Source of the DNA: Clostridiales bacterium DTU032
Lineage (GTDB): Bacteria > Bacillota > Clostridia > Saccharofermentanales > DTU023
Length of the DNA stretch: 64,000 bases
Assembly: GCA_001512745.1 (NCBI GenBank)
Contig: LFSM01000060.1
Span: 4,493 to 68,492, forward strand
Direction: 5' to 3'
Shown here: in pieces, positions 48,868-58,095 of the stretch
Numbering within the stretch: the first letter of the stretch is position 1
Layout: the number at the start of each line of letters is the position of its first letter
Notes under the pieces: generated by a model
Databases searched by the model: none
What the model saw: only the letters and a program-made list of their open reading frames with translations
Told to the model about the DNA's origin: nothing
Made by a program: the position numbers and the translations under genes

Positions 48868-50289
48868 TTGCCGAGCTTCTTTTCGGAAATAGGTGAATTT
48901 TTCAGCGGCATCTGGCGGAGTATGGCGGATGGCCTGCTCTTTTTGGGCGGCCCGCTTGATATGTTTGTTTCGGCCTTAGATATTCTGATAACAACTCTGG
49001 TCTTCTACTTTATTCTGAAATTATTCCGTGACTCGAGAGCCTGGCAGCTTTTGCGGGGTATTTTACTGATTATAGCTTTTGCGATTGTGACCAGCTTTCT
49101 TGGCCTTAACACCATTAGTTTTCTTTTTAATAATACAATTTCCATTTTAGCGATTGCAGTTTTAATCATCTTCCAGCCTGAACTGCGGAAGACTTTAGAA
49201 AAATTGGGTCGAAATCGTCTGGTTAAGTACATTTCGCCCAAGGAAAGAGAGAATGCTGTCGATCCCGGTAAACGGCAGCTGATAGAGTCCATTGTTTCTG
49301 CCTGTGAGTCAATGAGCAAAACCAGAACAGGCGCCCTGATCATAATCGAACGGGATACGCGTCTAGGTGAACTGCAATCACAGGAAAATGCTGTTCAGAT
49401 AGATGCAGGTGTTTCTACAACTTTACTTAAACAGATTTTTTATACCGGTTCACCTTTACATGATGGAGCAGTTCTAATCCGCGACGACCGGATAGCAGCA
49501 GCCCGGATTCACGTTCCTTTGTCGGATGCCTATCATCTTCGTCATGAATTCGGAACAAGGCACCGGGCAGCGGTTGGCGCGAGCGAACTGGGCGATGCGG
49601 TTGCTGTTGTTGTGTCTGAGGAGAGGGGCACCATCAGTCTGGCTGTTGAAAGCAGGCTGTTCGAACTGGCCAATGCAGATGCTTTGCGCAGCCAGCTCTA
49701 TCGACTTCTTATGCCCGAAGGCAGTGGAGAAAAACGCAGTTTTAAAGAGTGGCTGCAGGATATTTTCATCAAAAATGATGCCGAAAAACTGGAGCAGGAG
49801 GCAGCAGCAGCTGATGCTGAAGCCAAGGATGAGACTGAGGAGCCGGAGAGCAAGAGAACAAGACGCAGTCGCAGCAGCCGGACCAAACAAACCACTTTAC
49901 TTAAAAAACAACGTATCGGACTGGCAGCTTTCTCATTTGTTCTGGCATTTTTCTTTTGGCTCTATGTCCAGGTTACAGTCGATCCGGTTACAAGCAGCTC
50001 ATTTAATGTCCCTCTTACATATCATGGCGTAGAAGCAGCAGCTGAAAAAGGTTTCGGCATTCAAGGTTATCCGGTCACTGACATTCAACTGACTCTGAAG
50101 GGGCGCACTGAGCTTTTAAAGAATATATCTGTTACGGACCTTACAGCCTATATCGATGTCAGCGAAGTTGAACGGGCAGGTGTGATAGAATTATCTGTCG
50201 GGATTGAAACGGATACCCTGCTATACACGAAGACTGAAACCGTTTTGCCGGGTTCAGTTCGTGTTAATGTATATGAACTTCAACCCTGA
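48868..50289 (+). CDS. cdaA: Diadenylate cyclase CdaA fused to a TM helix and a single YbbR (CdaR-like) domain
   Basis: Three N-terminal TM helices are followed by DAC domain motifs TGALIIIERD, GSPLHDGAVLI and GTRHRAA. A charged linker, a fourth TM helix IGLAAFSFVLAFFFWLYV and a ~110-aa YbbR-like beta domain follow. It is one uninterrupted ORF of 473 aa. The TTG start follows AGGGGGA. Confidence 0.85.
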   Translation: MPSFFSEIGEFFSGIWRSMADGLLFLGGPLDMFVSALDILITTLVFYFILKLFRDSRAWQLLRGILLIIAFAIVTSFLGLNTISFLFNNTISILAIAVLIIFQPELRKTLEKLGRNRLVKYISPKERENAVDPGKRQLIESIVSACESMSKTRTGALIIIERDTRLGELQSQENAVQIDAGVSTTLLKQIFYTGSPLHDGAVLIRDDRIAAARIHVPLSDAYHLRHEFGTRHRAAVGASELGDAVAVVVSEERGTISLAVESRLFELANADALRSQLYRLLMPEGSGEKRSFKEWLQDIFIKNDAEKLEQEAAAADAEAKDETEEPESKRTRRSRSSRTKQTTLLKKQRIGLAAFSFVLAFFFWLYVQVTVDPVTSSSFNVPLTYHGVEAAAEKGFGIQGYPVTDIQLTLKGRTELLKNISVTDLTAYIDVSEVERAGVIELSVGIETDTLLYTKTETVLPGSVRVNVYELQP

Positions 50290-50303
50290 TAATAAGAGGA
50301 AAT

Positions 50304-51674
50304 ATGTCTAGATTATTTGGAACTGATGGTGTTCGCGGTGTCGCGAACAAAGATTTAACGCCTGATTTGGCATATAGATTGGGATATGCAGCTGCCTACA
50401 TCCTGACAGACAGGCATATGGGCAGACCACGTGTTCTTGTAGGTGAAGACACCCGTGTTTCCCGTGGTATGCTGGCTTCTGCCCTGGTGGCCGGACTTTG
50501 TTCTGCCGGCGCCGATGCCATCGAGTGTGGGATCGTGCCCACTCCTGCAGTTGCCTGGCTGATAAGACATTTTTCAGCTGATGCCGGAGTGGTTATTTCC
50601 GCTTCCCACAATAGCTTTGAATTCAACGGAATTAAGCTGTTTGGAGGCGACGGCTATAAACTGGCAGATGAGACGGAAGATTTAATTGAAGCCCATGTGA
50701 GAAAGTATCGCGAAAAAGATCACAGCCGTCCCTATGGTGAGGATGTCGGCCGCAGGATTGAGGCTTTTGAAGCTGCTGATCTCTACCGCGAACATTTGGA
50801 GGATATTTCAGGACTTGATCTTAGTGGAATGCGCCTGGGCCTTGATTGTGCCAACGGTGCCAGTTACGAGATAGCCCCGCGTCTCTTCCGTGATTTGAAT
50901 GCTGAAGTTCATGCCATCGGGGTTGAACCCGATGGTTATAATATCAACCGTGAATGTGGCTCTATGCATTTGGACAAACTTATTGCACTAGTCAAAGAAA
51001 AAAAGCTTGATCTTGGTTTCGCCTTTGACGGTGACGCTGACCGTGTATTAGCAGTGGACTCGGATGGCTATGTCTGTGATGGAGATATCATCATGACCAT
51101 CCTTGCTCTTGTCTTAAAGAAAGAAGGCAAGCTGATAGAAGACACTCTGGTTACTACTGTCATGAGTAATTTCGGCCTGAACCAGATGGCGGAAAAGTAC
51201 GGGATTGTGCTGGAACGTACCCAGGTTGGTGACCGCTATGTCATGGAACGCATGCGGGAAGGCGATTTCAATTTGGGTGGAGAACAAAGCGGACACATTA
51301 TTTTGAGGGAGCATTCGACCACAGGCGACGGAATACTTTCAGCTCTTCAGCTTTTGAAAGCCCTGAATAGTGAGGGGCAAAGCCTGGAAGAGGCCAGACA
51401 GGCAGTGAAAATCTGCCCTCAGGTTTTAAAAAATGCTCATGTCAGCAGTGAATCAGCTAAGAAAAGAATAATGGGACACAGTAAGCTCAGCAAGAAAATA
51501 AAAGAAATTGAAAGTGTTTTGGGGAAAGATGGGCGTGTACTGGTGAGATCCTCAGGCACAGAACCTCTGGTCAGGGTTATGCTGGAAGGCAACGATACCG
51601 ACGAAATCAATGGCTATGCTGACGAGCTTCTGGATCTGGTCTATTTCCTGGACAAGGACAACAGGGGGAACTGA
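50304..51674 (+). CDS. glmM: Phosphoglucosamine mutase
   Basis: The start MSRLFGTDGVRG and the active-site motif SASHNSFEFNGIK are present. Confidence 0.95.
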   Translation: MSRLFGTDGVRGVANKDLTPDLAYRLGYAAAYILTDRHMGRPRVLVGEDTRVSRGMLASALVAGLCSAGADAIECGIVPTPAVAWLIRHFSADAGVVISASHNSFEFNGIKLFGGDGYKLADETEDLIEAHVRKYREKDHSRPYGEDVGRRIEAFEAADLYREHLEDISGLDLSGMRLGLDCANGASYEIAPRLFRDLNAEVHAIGVEPDGYNINRECGSMHLDKLIALVKEKKLDLGFAFDGDADRVLAVDSDGYVCDGDIIMTILALVLKKEGKLIEDTLVTTVMSNFGLNQMAEKYGIVLERTQVGDRYVMERMREGDFNLGGEQSGHIILREHSTTGDGILSALQLLKALNSEGQSLEEARQAVKICPQVLKNAHVSSESAKKRIMGHSKLSKKIKEIESVLGKDGRVLVRSSGTEPLVRVMLEGNDTDEINGYADELLDLVYFLDKDNRGN

Positions 51675-51677
51675 TCA

Positions 51678-52958
51678 ATGCGTCGCCTGCAAAGTGCTCG
51701 TATTGTATTCGTCATCAGTCTGGTATCGATCCTTCTGCTGATATTATCATTTGCCGGTGTTTTGAACCCTCCTATAGCCGGAGCAGATCGCTTTGCTGAG
51801 GAGCGTGAAGCTGCGCATGATCTCGGTGCTCCGGATTTGCTTAATCCTAATGAAAGTAAAAAGGATAGTGATTCTACAGGACAAATCGTTGATTCATCAA
51901 TAGATCCAACTGAGTCACAAGAAGGGCATGACAGTCTTGACCCGGAGGGAAGTGATCCGGTGTCTACTATCACTTTGGATGTCAGCGGAAATGACCCGGC
52001 TTTAGTACCGGCACGGGAAGACGGGATGCTCAGGGTCTGGCCCCAGGAATTATCCCTGCCAAAACTGCATGATGTAGATTATGATTATTACCTTTCCCTT
52101 GAGCAAGAAAGCAGACCTCTCAGTGGAATAACAGTAATACTGGATCCGTCTTTCGGTGGCAGCTCAACGGGTGCCAGTGCTGTAACGGATAGTGGTGTTT
52201 TAGCTGAAAAGGACATTGTGCTCGTTATTGCACAGATAGCTGAGCGCTATCTGACAGAAATGGGAGCCAATGTGATTATGACGCGCAGCAGCGACATTGA
52301 ACACTCTCTCTTCTATGTGGCAGCCTTAAGTGCGGACACTGTGCTGGAAGCTTATTCCAAAGAAGCCGCAGCTGCTAATTATGATACACAACTGATCGAC
52401 GATCTGCGCCTTCAGATGTCTGATGTCATGCGCATTAATCAAAATAGCGCCGACTCGGGCGGCCGTGGTCTCTTTGGCGGTATCGGAACTTCTGCACGGC
52501 TGCGCCTGATCTATGATATTCAAGCCCAGTACGGCGATGTGCTTTTCATTAATATATCTTTGAATCAGGATAATGATCCTAATAAGTCGGGAGCGGAAAT
52601 CCGTTTAATGAAACAAGATTTTGTAACAGAGGTAAACAACAGCTATGTTGAGGATCAGGACCCCAATAGCTTGTCGCCGAATTACAGCATGATTGACAGT
52701 CAGAACCGGACAAAACTGGCCTGGCTGCTTTATGGACATCTTAAGCATCAGTCACCCACAATCGCAGCGGATGCTGAACCACGTCTTACTGAAACTGATA
52801 TGGCGGTGCTGCGGCTGAATAACCTCACTTCGGTGTCAGTTGTGCCCGGCTATCTCAGCAACGCAGCTGACCTGGCAGAGCTGGGCTCTGCAGCAGGCCA
52901 GCAAAGAATCGCTTCTGCGATTGCCTATGCAGTTCGTCAATACTATGTTGGTCCATAA
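51678..52958 (+). CDS. Secreted/anchored Amidase_3-like protein lacking the zinc ligands (probable pseudo-amidase)
   Basis: ILDPSFGGSSTGA aligns with the canonical DPGHGG..GA. AEKDIVLVIAQ...GANVIMTRSSD matches the fold. VLFINISLNQ aligns with the canonical LFISIHANA. Confidence 0.6.
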   Translation: MRRLQSARIVFVISLVSILLLILSFAGVLNPPIAGADRFAEEREAAHDLGAPDLLNPNESKKDSDSTGQIVDSSIDPTESQEGHDSLDPEGSDPVSTITLDVSGNDPALVPAREDGMLRVWPQELSLPKLHDVDYDYYLSLEQESRPLSGITVILDPSFGGSSTGASAVTDSGVLAEKDIVLVIAQIAERYLTEMGANVIMTRSSDIEHSLFYVAALSADTVLEAYSKEAAAANYDTQLIDDLRLQMSDVMRINQNSADSGGRGLFGGIGTSARLRLIYDIQAQYGDVLFINISLNQDNDPNKSGAEIRLMKQDFVTEVNNSYVEDQDPNSLSPNYSMIDSQNRTKLAWLLYGHLKHQSPTIAADAEPRLTETDMAVLRLNNLTSVSVVPGYLSNAADLAELGSAAGQQRIASAIAYAVRQYYVGP

Positions 52959-52964
52959 TTTTTA

Positions 52965-52999
52965 GCAAAAAAATGGCTGCCCGATTGCAGCCATTTTCT
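52965..52999. terminator. Bidirectional terminator
   Basis: An A7 tract, the hairpin AATGGCTGC-ccgatt-GCAGCCATT and a T tract are present. Confidence 0.75.
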
Positions 53000-53018
53000 G
53001 AAGTATAAAAGATCAATT

Positions 53019-54053
53019 TTACTCTGCTTCGGAGAACTTGGAGAAATTCAAGGCGTAAGTTGCAGCTACTGACAGAGCATAATCAGGATCACTCTCATCT
53101 AAATCTCTTAAGATTTGGATCATTTGCTCTTCTTGTTCCTTTTTGATTACCATTAAAACCATATTTCGTTCAATGTCAAAACTCTCTTTGAAAAAACTGC
53201 CGGCTTTGTCTGTGTGTCTGATACCGCGGCCATGAATGATGGTTGCCCCCATATTTCCTGCTGCCTCGCAAGTTTGAATTATACTTTTGGTTTTGGCACG
53301 GTTTACCATCACTAAAAGAACAGTATGAGGGCTGGGAGTAGTCACTGTCCAGCTTCCTCTAATCAGCTGCTCGGTGTCTTCATGCCCCATAATTCCCAAG
53401 GTTTCTGTGACATAAAGAGAAAAGATTATTCCACGGCCCGGTGTGCTGGTGCTAAGAGCTTGCAAGAGCGCCTGCTGTAAACTATCAGCTTTTTCTTTGT
53501 CGCTAACCAGGAGAACCATATCTTTACGCGGATTAATATCAAAATCGAAGACATGGGCACTATGATCAGCGCTGCCCATTGCAGAAATAATGGTGGCACC
53601 GGCAGCTCCATTTTCGCGTGCAATATCAACAACAGTATTACCTTCACCGTTGTCGACTATTGTGATCAGAGCCCGATAGTTTGCTTCTGAAGTCCCCATT
53701 TCCAAATTAACTGCAGACTGCTTATCTTCTTTCTTCTCAAGATCCAGCAAAGGCTGGATAAAGGCGATACCTAAGTCTTTTTCGCCAAAATGACCGATAT
53801 CTCTTATCTTGTGCAGAAGCTCTGAGGCTGTTTGCAGCTTTCCCACAGTTATGAGGATAAGTTCGCGCCGTATCTCATCTAAGCCCAGCATGCGCAAGAT
53901 GCGCTTGGGGACAGTTCCGTGACCGGAAAATACTGTAGCACAGCTGGCACCTTCCTGGAGTGCAAAATGAGCAATTGCCTCCGCGCGTCCAGGGGGTACA
54001 ATCATAAGCAGGATGGCCTGGTTAGCAAAACCTATATCAGAAATAGTAGTCAT
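53019..54053 (-). CDS. Protein made of three tandem P-II-like (GlnB-fold) domains
   Basis: Three ~100-110-aa internal repeats share the GA.GATI(I/V).G.G core and flanking hydrophobic strands. An RBS GGGAGGA precedes the ATG. Confidence 0.7.
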   Translation of the reverse strand: MTTISDIGFANQAILLMIVPPGRAEAIAHFALQEGASCATVFSGHGTVPKRILRMLGLDEIRRELILITVGKLQTASELLHKIRDIGHFGEKDLGIAFIQPLLDLEKKEDKQSAVNLEMGTSEANYRALITIVDNGEGNTVVDIARENGAAGATIISAMGSADHSAHVFDFDINPRKDMVLLVSDKEKADSLQQALLQALSTSTPGRGIIFSLYVTETLGIMGHEDTEQLIRGSWTVTTPSPHTVLLVMVNRAKTKSIIQTCEAAGNMGATIIHGRGIRHTDKAGSFFKESFDIERNMVLMVIKKEQEEQMIQILRDLDESDPDYALSVAATYALNFSKFSEAE

Positions 54054-54088
54054 TTATTCCTCCCGGAAAGCCTGTGCTGAAAGCAAGT

Positions 54089-55591
54089 TTACGTCAAGTC
54101 TTCGCTGGCAGGGACTTGCTCTTCTTTGCGCTGCCGGCGTTTATAAATCAGGCCCATTGCTTGAATTGTTATTAACGGAGCCATCGCTACCAGAGCGACT
54201 ACACCAAAGCCATCGACAAGGATATTAGCGCTAGGATGAGCACCGGCAGCTCCCTGGGCAAAAGCGAGTATAAAAGTTGCCGTCATCGGTCCTGATGCAA
54301 CACCACCCGCATCGAAGGCGACACCGATAAAGAGATCCGGTGTAAAATAGCTCAGAATCATGATGAGAATGTAGGCAGGCAGAAGAATATGCCAGAGCAT
54401 CAGACCTTCAACATATATCCTTATCATAGCAAGAACAATGGAAAAAGCTACGCCAATTGCCAACGATAGCAAAGTCAGACTTCTGGGAACTGTGCCGCCG
54501 GTGTTTTCCTGTACCGAGTCCGTGAGAACATGGACGGCAGGCTCAGCGATAACCGTTAGCATACCAAGAAAAAATCCTGCCAGGATTGTCAGAAAGGGTG
54601 AATATTCAAGTACAAGTTGAGCGCCGATATAGCGGCCGACCCGCATAAAGCCTCCGTTGACCCCGGTCATAAAGAGACTGAGGCCAATATAGCAATAAAG
54701 CAGACCGATCATAATTCGGGAAACAGTCTTATCTTTAAGCTTTAGTATTCCCAGCTGAATAACAATAAAAACAATAGCCAGGGGAGCAATACTAAGCAAA
54801 GAATCAACTAAGACTCCGGATAGAGATGTGATAAAAGGTTCCATGAAAAATGCCGGAGCCAGATTTTCTGCCATGTCGACTTGTTGATAACTGACCGGAG
54901 AATCGACTGCACCCTGAATCAGCATAGCAAATATAGCGCCCGCAGAAGCCAGACCTACCATGCCATAGCGATCTCTGGCATCTTCAGCTTCACCTTCAAA
55001 TAAACCGGCAATTCCTGCGGCGAGTGCGAGCAAGAAGGGGGTGGTTATGGCCCCTGTGGTTGAACCTGAAGCATCAAAGGAAAATGCGAGAAATTCGGGA
55101 GAATTAAATAAGGCCAGCAGAAAGATTATGCCATAGGTTACCCAGATAACAGTACGCAAACGAATATGTTTGACTAATCTCCAAAAGCCAATCATAACCA
55201 TCACTCCGACACCGATAGAGACTACCAGAACCATCTGCCATCTGCCAACGACGTTGGCAGTAAACTGTTCTACCTGTACAGATAAAACATGGAGGTCAGG
55301 TTCAGCGATGGAAATAATGAAGCCTAAGAGAAGTCCGCCGATCAAAAGAACAGGCATATTATTCGTTTTGACCAGAGCTCCACCACTCAGCTCACCTATG
55401 GGTGTAGCTCCAAGGTCAACCCCGACCAGGAATATTCCCAGGCCAACGATAATTAAAACAGCACCAATAATAAAACGCCAAAAATCATCAACAGGGATGG
55501 GGGTCAATGTGAAATGTAATAAAATAACGAAAAAGGTGATCGGTAAGACCGATGCACCCATTTCTTTCAGTTTCTCAGTAAATAATCCCAA
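54089..55591 (-). CDS. Internally duplicated polytopic membrane protein, DUF1538-like (2 x ~250 aa)
   Basis: The protein is 500 aa with ~12 TM helices. The two halves share GLxxFLxGV and IAEPDLHVLSVQVEQ / IAEPAVHVLTDSVQE. The TTG start follows AAGAGG. The DUF1538 assignment is from memory. Confidence 0.6.
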   Translation of the reverse strand: MGLFTEKLKEMGASVLPITFFVILLHFTLTPIPVDDFWRFIIGAVLIIVGLGIFLVGVDLGATPIGELSGGALVKTNNMPVLLIGGLLLGFIISIAEPDLHVLSVQVEQFTANVVGRWQMVLVVSIGVGVMVMIGFWRLVKHIRLRTVIWVTYGIIFLLALFNSPEFLAFSFDASGSTTGAITTPFLLALAAGIAGLFEGEAEDARDRYGMVGLASAGAIFAMLIQGAVDSPVSYQQVDMAENLAPAFFMEPFITSLSGVLVDSLLSIAPLAIVFIVIQLGILKLKDKTVSRIMIGLLYCYIGLSLFMTGVNGGFMRVGRYIGAQLVLEYSPFLTILAGFFLGMLTVIAEPAVHVLTDSVQENTGGTVPRSLTLLSLAIGVAFSIVLAMIRIYVEGLMLWHILLPAYILIMILSYFTPDLFIGVAFDAGGVASGPMTATFILAFAQGAAGAHPSANILVDGFGVVALVAMAPLITIQAMGLIYKRRQRKEEQVPASEDLT

Positions 55592-55621
55592 AATATACCT
55601 CTTTTATTAAGGATAACCTGA

Positions 55622-57616
55622 CTAGAAGAATGGCGCAAACACCATTGCCACTATGGTCATCAACTTAATAAGGATATTGATTGAAGGTCCCGAAGTATCT
55701 TTGAAAGGATCGCCAACAGTATCACCGACAACAGCAGCACGATGTGCTTCACTTCCGGGACCGCCTTCATGACCTTCCTCAATATATTTCTTAGCATTGT
55801 CCCAGGCACCGCCTGAGTTGGATAAGGTAATCGCGAGGACTACGCCGGTTACGAGAGCTCCGGCCAGCATGCCGCCTAAAGCAACCGGACCTAAAGTCAA
55901 ACCTATAAGGACCGGGCCTAAAACCGACAGCAAGCCCGGCAGAATCATTTCGCGGAGGGAAGCATTGGTGCTGATCTCAATACAGCGGTTATAATCAGGC
56001 AGTTCTGTTCCTGCAATGATACCCGGCTCATTTCTAAACTGCCGCCTGACTTCTTCTATCATCTGGAAGGCAGCTTTGCCCACCGAGTTCATAGTTAAGG
56101 AAGAGAAAAGGAAGGGAAAGGCACCACCGATAAACAAACCAATGATAGCATGCGGATCCAGTAAATCTATAACTGCCAGATTGGATACCTGTGCATAAGA
56201 GACAAACAGGGAGAGAGCTGTCAGAGCCGCTGAGCCGATGGCAAATCCTTTGCCGATGGCAGCTGTTGTGTTACCGACACTATCCAGCTTGTCAGTAATT
56301 TCACGGACTTCATGCGGCAGGTCAGCCATCTGTGCGATACCGCCGGCATTGTCGGCGATGGGGCCATAAGCATCAACGGAAATAGTCATACCTACTGTGG
56401 ACAGCATGCCGACTGCTGCCAGAGCAACTCCGTAAAGGCCAACTGACCTGAAGGAGGCGAAGGTGGCTGCAGCGATGAGCAGAATCGGGACAAAGGATGA
56501 GCCCATACCAAGGGCGAAACCGTCAATTATGTTAGTAGCAGCTCCAGTTCGGCAGGCCTTAGCCAGATTTTTCACCGGTTTGTAATCAGCAGAAGTAAAA
56601 TACTCAGTTGTAGTGCCGATAAGAACACCGGTAATCAGGCCGGATGTAACGGCGATAAAGTGCTGGTAGGTACCAAAGAGCCAATAGCTGAGTCCCAGGG
56701 CCGCCAGCATGGTTAACAAGCTGCTGACATAAGTACCGGTATTAAGAATTTTTGCAGGATTTTTCATTTTAATCCTGGTCACAACAATAATACCAATAAG
56801 TGAAAAAAGAGCTCCGGCTCCACTTAGCAGGAGCGGATATGATACGGCTGCTATCCGATTGCCGACCAGCTCAGCAGGCAGTGTAACAGCAAGAGTGATT
56901 GCTGATACGATAGCTCCGACATAAGACTCGAAGAGGTCACTGCCCATACCGGCGACATCGCCGACATTATCACCAACGTTATCGGCAATAACTGCAGGGT
57001 TACGCGGATCATCTTCAGGGATTCCTGCTTCCAGTTTGCCGACCAGGTCAGCGCCGACGTCAGCAGCTTTGGTATAGATGCCGCCGCCTACGCGTCCAAA
57101 TAAGGCCATGGAGGAAGCGCCCAGGCTGAAACCGGTAAGAGCTTCAAGCAAGCCATTGCCGCTGCCCAACTGAATAATTGCGCTGATACCGAGCAAACCC
57201 AGACCGACAACACTAAGTCCCATGACTGTTCCGCCGCTGAAAGCAACCCTCAAAGCTGAACCGATGTCTTTTGTCTTTGCCGCTTCAGCAGTACGGACGT
57301 TAGCCAAAGTTGCAGTGCGCATGCCGAAAAAACCGGCCAGAACAGAGAAAAGGCCTCCGACAACAAAGGCGATAGCGGTAGGCCAGCCCAGAAGGGCCAG
57401 CAACACAAGAAACATGACCACAACAAAGATGGTAATAAACCTATATTCCCGTGAGAGGAAAACCATAGCCCCTTCTCGTATGTATGAGGCTATTTCCTTC
57501 ATCCTGTTGTTGCCTTCAGGCTTGAGTTTTACTGTACGGTAAATAAAAAATGCTGCGATCAAGGTAATTAGCGCAGTGACGGGTAAGATAATTCTGGAAA
57601 ATATCTCGTAGTTCAA
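55622..57616 (-). CDS. hppA: Membrane-integral pyrophosphate-energised cation pump, K+-dependent subclass
   Basis: The motifs [38 protein letters not shown] and [10 protein letters not shown] are present, the last with Ala at the K+-dependence position. The TTG start follows GGAGGA. Confidence 0.9.
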   Translation of the reverse strand: MNYEIFSRIILPVTALITLIAAFFIYRTVKLKPEGNNRMKEIASYIREGAMVFLSREYRFITIFVVVMFLVLLALLGWPTAIAFVVGGLFSVLAGFFGMRTATLANVRTAEAAKTKDIGSALRVAFSGGTVMGLSVVGLGLLGISAIIQLGSGNGLLEALTGFSLGASSMALFGRVGGGIYTKAADVGADLVGKLEAGIPEDDPRNPAVIADNVGDNVGDVAGMGSDLFESYVGAIVSAITLAVTLPAELVGNRIAAVSYPLLLSGAGALFSLIGIIVVTRIKMKNPAKILNTGTYVSSLLTMLAALGLSYWLFGTYQHFIAVTSGLITGVLIGTTTEYFTSADYKPVKNLAKACRTGAATNIIDGFALGMGSSFVPILLIAAATFASFRSVGLYGVALAAVGMLSTVGMTISVDAYGPIADNAGGIAQMADLPHEVREITDKLDSVGNTTAAIGKGFAIGSAALTALSLFVSYAQVSNLAVIDLLDPHAIIGLFIGGAFPFLFSSLTMNSVGKAAFQMIEEVRRQFRNEPGIIAGTELPDYNRCIEISTNASLREMILPGLLSVLGPVLIGLTLGPVALGGMLAGALVTGVVLAITLSNSGGAWDNAKKYIEEGHEGGPGSEAHRAAVVGDTVGDPFKDTSGPSINILIKLMTIVAMVFAPFF

Positions 57617-57996
57617 CTTCTTTCCTCCACATAGTCAGAAATTTTATAAAAACAATACGTTTAAGCGGTCAGCCCCCTCTTCATAAACGCATTGTTAATC
57701 CAAATATTATGAGCTGAAAGTCCTCCCGGTATTTTGTATTAATCAGTCAAAATAAAAAAAATAATATTCCCTTTCCTGGCGGGCAAGACAGGGTCCTTAT
57801 TTTTTCTTCGAAGTGTATTCACAGCCATTGAGCATTATTCTGAGACGGCTCTGCAGCTTTCTGACTCCGTCTCGATTTATACTAAGTAGTATATTGTATA
57901 AGAAGTTAAAAGGCAAAAATACATAGCTAATATTATGAATATGTATGAATGTTTGCAGGGAAATTTAGGCGAATAGTCAAGAGAAATACTATTTTC

Positions 57997-58011
57997 ATTC
58001 ATTCAATGAAT
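57997..58011. promoter_or_regulatory. Perfect 7-1-7 palindrome ATTCATTcAATGAAT (candidate operator)
   Basis: It was read directly. It lies ~85 nt upstream of the 58096 start and just upstream of an extended -10 element TGcTAATAT (58042-58050). Confidence 0.3.
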
Positions 58012-58095
58012 ATGAGTTTTTGGGCAAAATTACCAAAGCTATGCTAATATTTAACTGATTTCTTTCTAATATCAATACTATCTGGAGGGGACACC

